Positions 7,495-7,950 of a stretch of 7,950 nucleotides of DNA are shown here, one piece after another (the stretch's first letter is position 1; the number at the start of each line of letters is the position of its first letter). The stretch comes from a virus. Taxonomy: Duplodnaviria > Heunggongvirae > Uroviricota > Caudoviricetes. A model generated the notes under the pieces. That model had not been told where the DNA came from. It did not search any database and saw only the letters and a list, made by a program, of their open reading frames with translations. The stretch covers positions 1 to 7,950 of IMG/VR virus record IMGVR_UViG_2547132274_000015. One strand, given 5' to 3'. The translations under genes were made by a program, and so were the position numbers.

Positions 7495-7950
7495 CTATCT
7501 CCCGTGATTCAGGAAGTCGATTAATTCTTCGCGTGTGGCGCTGTAAAACGTCACGTCATCCACGCCTTTGAAGTATTTCTTGATGGTTCCTACACGCTTA
7601 AGGCCAATCATTGCGCAGTACATCTGCCCGTGGCGGAATTTGCGTGCAGCGAACGATGTGATGCACTGAACGGTGGTGTTAGTCAGAATGTATCGCCAGA
7701 ACTCCAGCCCGATTTCCTTGCTGAAGCCACGAATCTCTGGCAGATACATGGCGTGGCAATCGAATGTCAGCGGCTGAATCTCCTGATAGTAAACAATGCC
7801 GCCGAACTGCCCGTGCACGTTCACCTCAAAGTAACGGCAATCATGTTTATAGTCGTATCCATCACCGTTGTTGCTCCCGGCAATAATGTCAGGGTGATTT
7901 CCGACTGCTTCGATCAGGTCGATGTTTCGCGTTGGTTTGAACTGAATCAT
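7495..7950 (-). CDS. Hypothetical phage protein immediately upstream of the ejection-protein cassette (the position P22 gene 14 occupies). It may be complete or N-terminally truncated by the window edge.
   Basis: 151-codon ORF whose ATG is the last three bases of the window (7950..7948). Its stop TAG (7497..7495) lies 2 nt before the gp7-like start, so it is co-oriented and tightly packed with the cassette. I recognise no family-specific motif by eye. Confidence 0.55.
   Translation of the reverse strand: MIQFKPTRNIDLIEAVGNHPDIIAGSNNGDGYDYKHDCRYFEVNVHGQFGGIVYYQEIQPLTFDCHAMYLPEIRGFSKEIGLEFWRYILTNTTVQCITSFAARKFRHGQMYCAMIGLKRVGTIKKYFKGVDDVTFYSATREELIDFLNHGR

Noticed and set aside
1-7950. CRISPR arrays, tRNA/rRNA genes, insertion sequences, integrase or attP core
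   Set aside because: No regularly spaced direct repeats, tRNA-like cloverleaf candidates or transposase/integrase-like ORFs are visible. The attachment site and integrase, if present, would lie beyond the window start.

Overview
This window looks like the right end of the late (virion) operon of a P22-like temperate phage or prophage, probably from an enterobacterial host. Reading the minus strand from high to low coordinates there is a small ORF at the window edge, then three tightly coupled genes matching the P22 ejection-protein cassette (gp7, gp20, gp16) in size and order. Next comes a plus-strand Mnt-like ribbon-helix-helix repressor with no arc or ant partner, followed by a 25-codon hydrophobic ORF with a strong Shine-Dalgarno that the ORF track missed. 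Divergent from mnt is a tailspike gene with a P22/Sf6-type N-terminal head-binding domain and a different beta-helix receptor domain. Convergent with the tailspike, across a GC-rich hairpin, is a very AT-rich acyltransferase-3 family membrane protein, which I read as an O-antigen-modifying lysogenic-conversion moron. No tRNA, rRNA, CRISPR array or transposase is visible. The most promising place for something undescribed is the gp16-to-tailspike slot (orphan mnt plus the small hydrophobic ORF), which is the immI/sieA hotspot in P22. All homology statements come from reading the translations and from memory of reference proteins; no database search was run.
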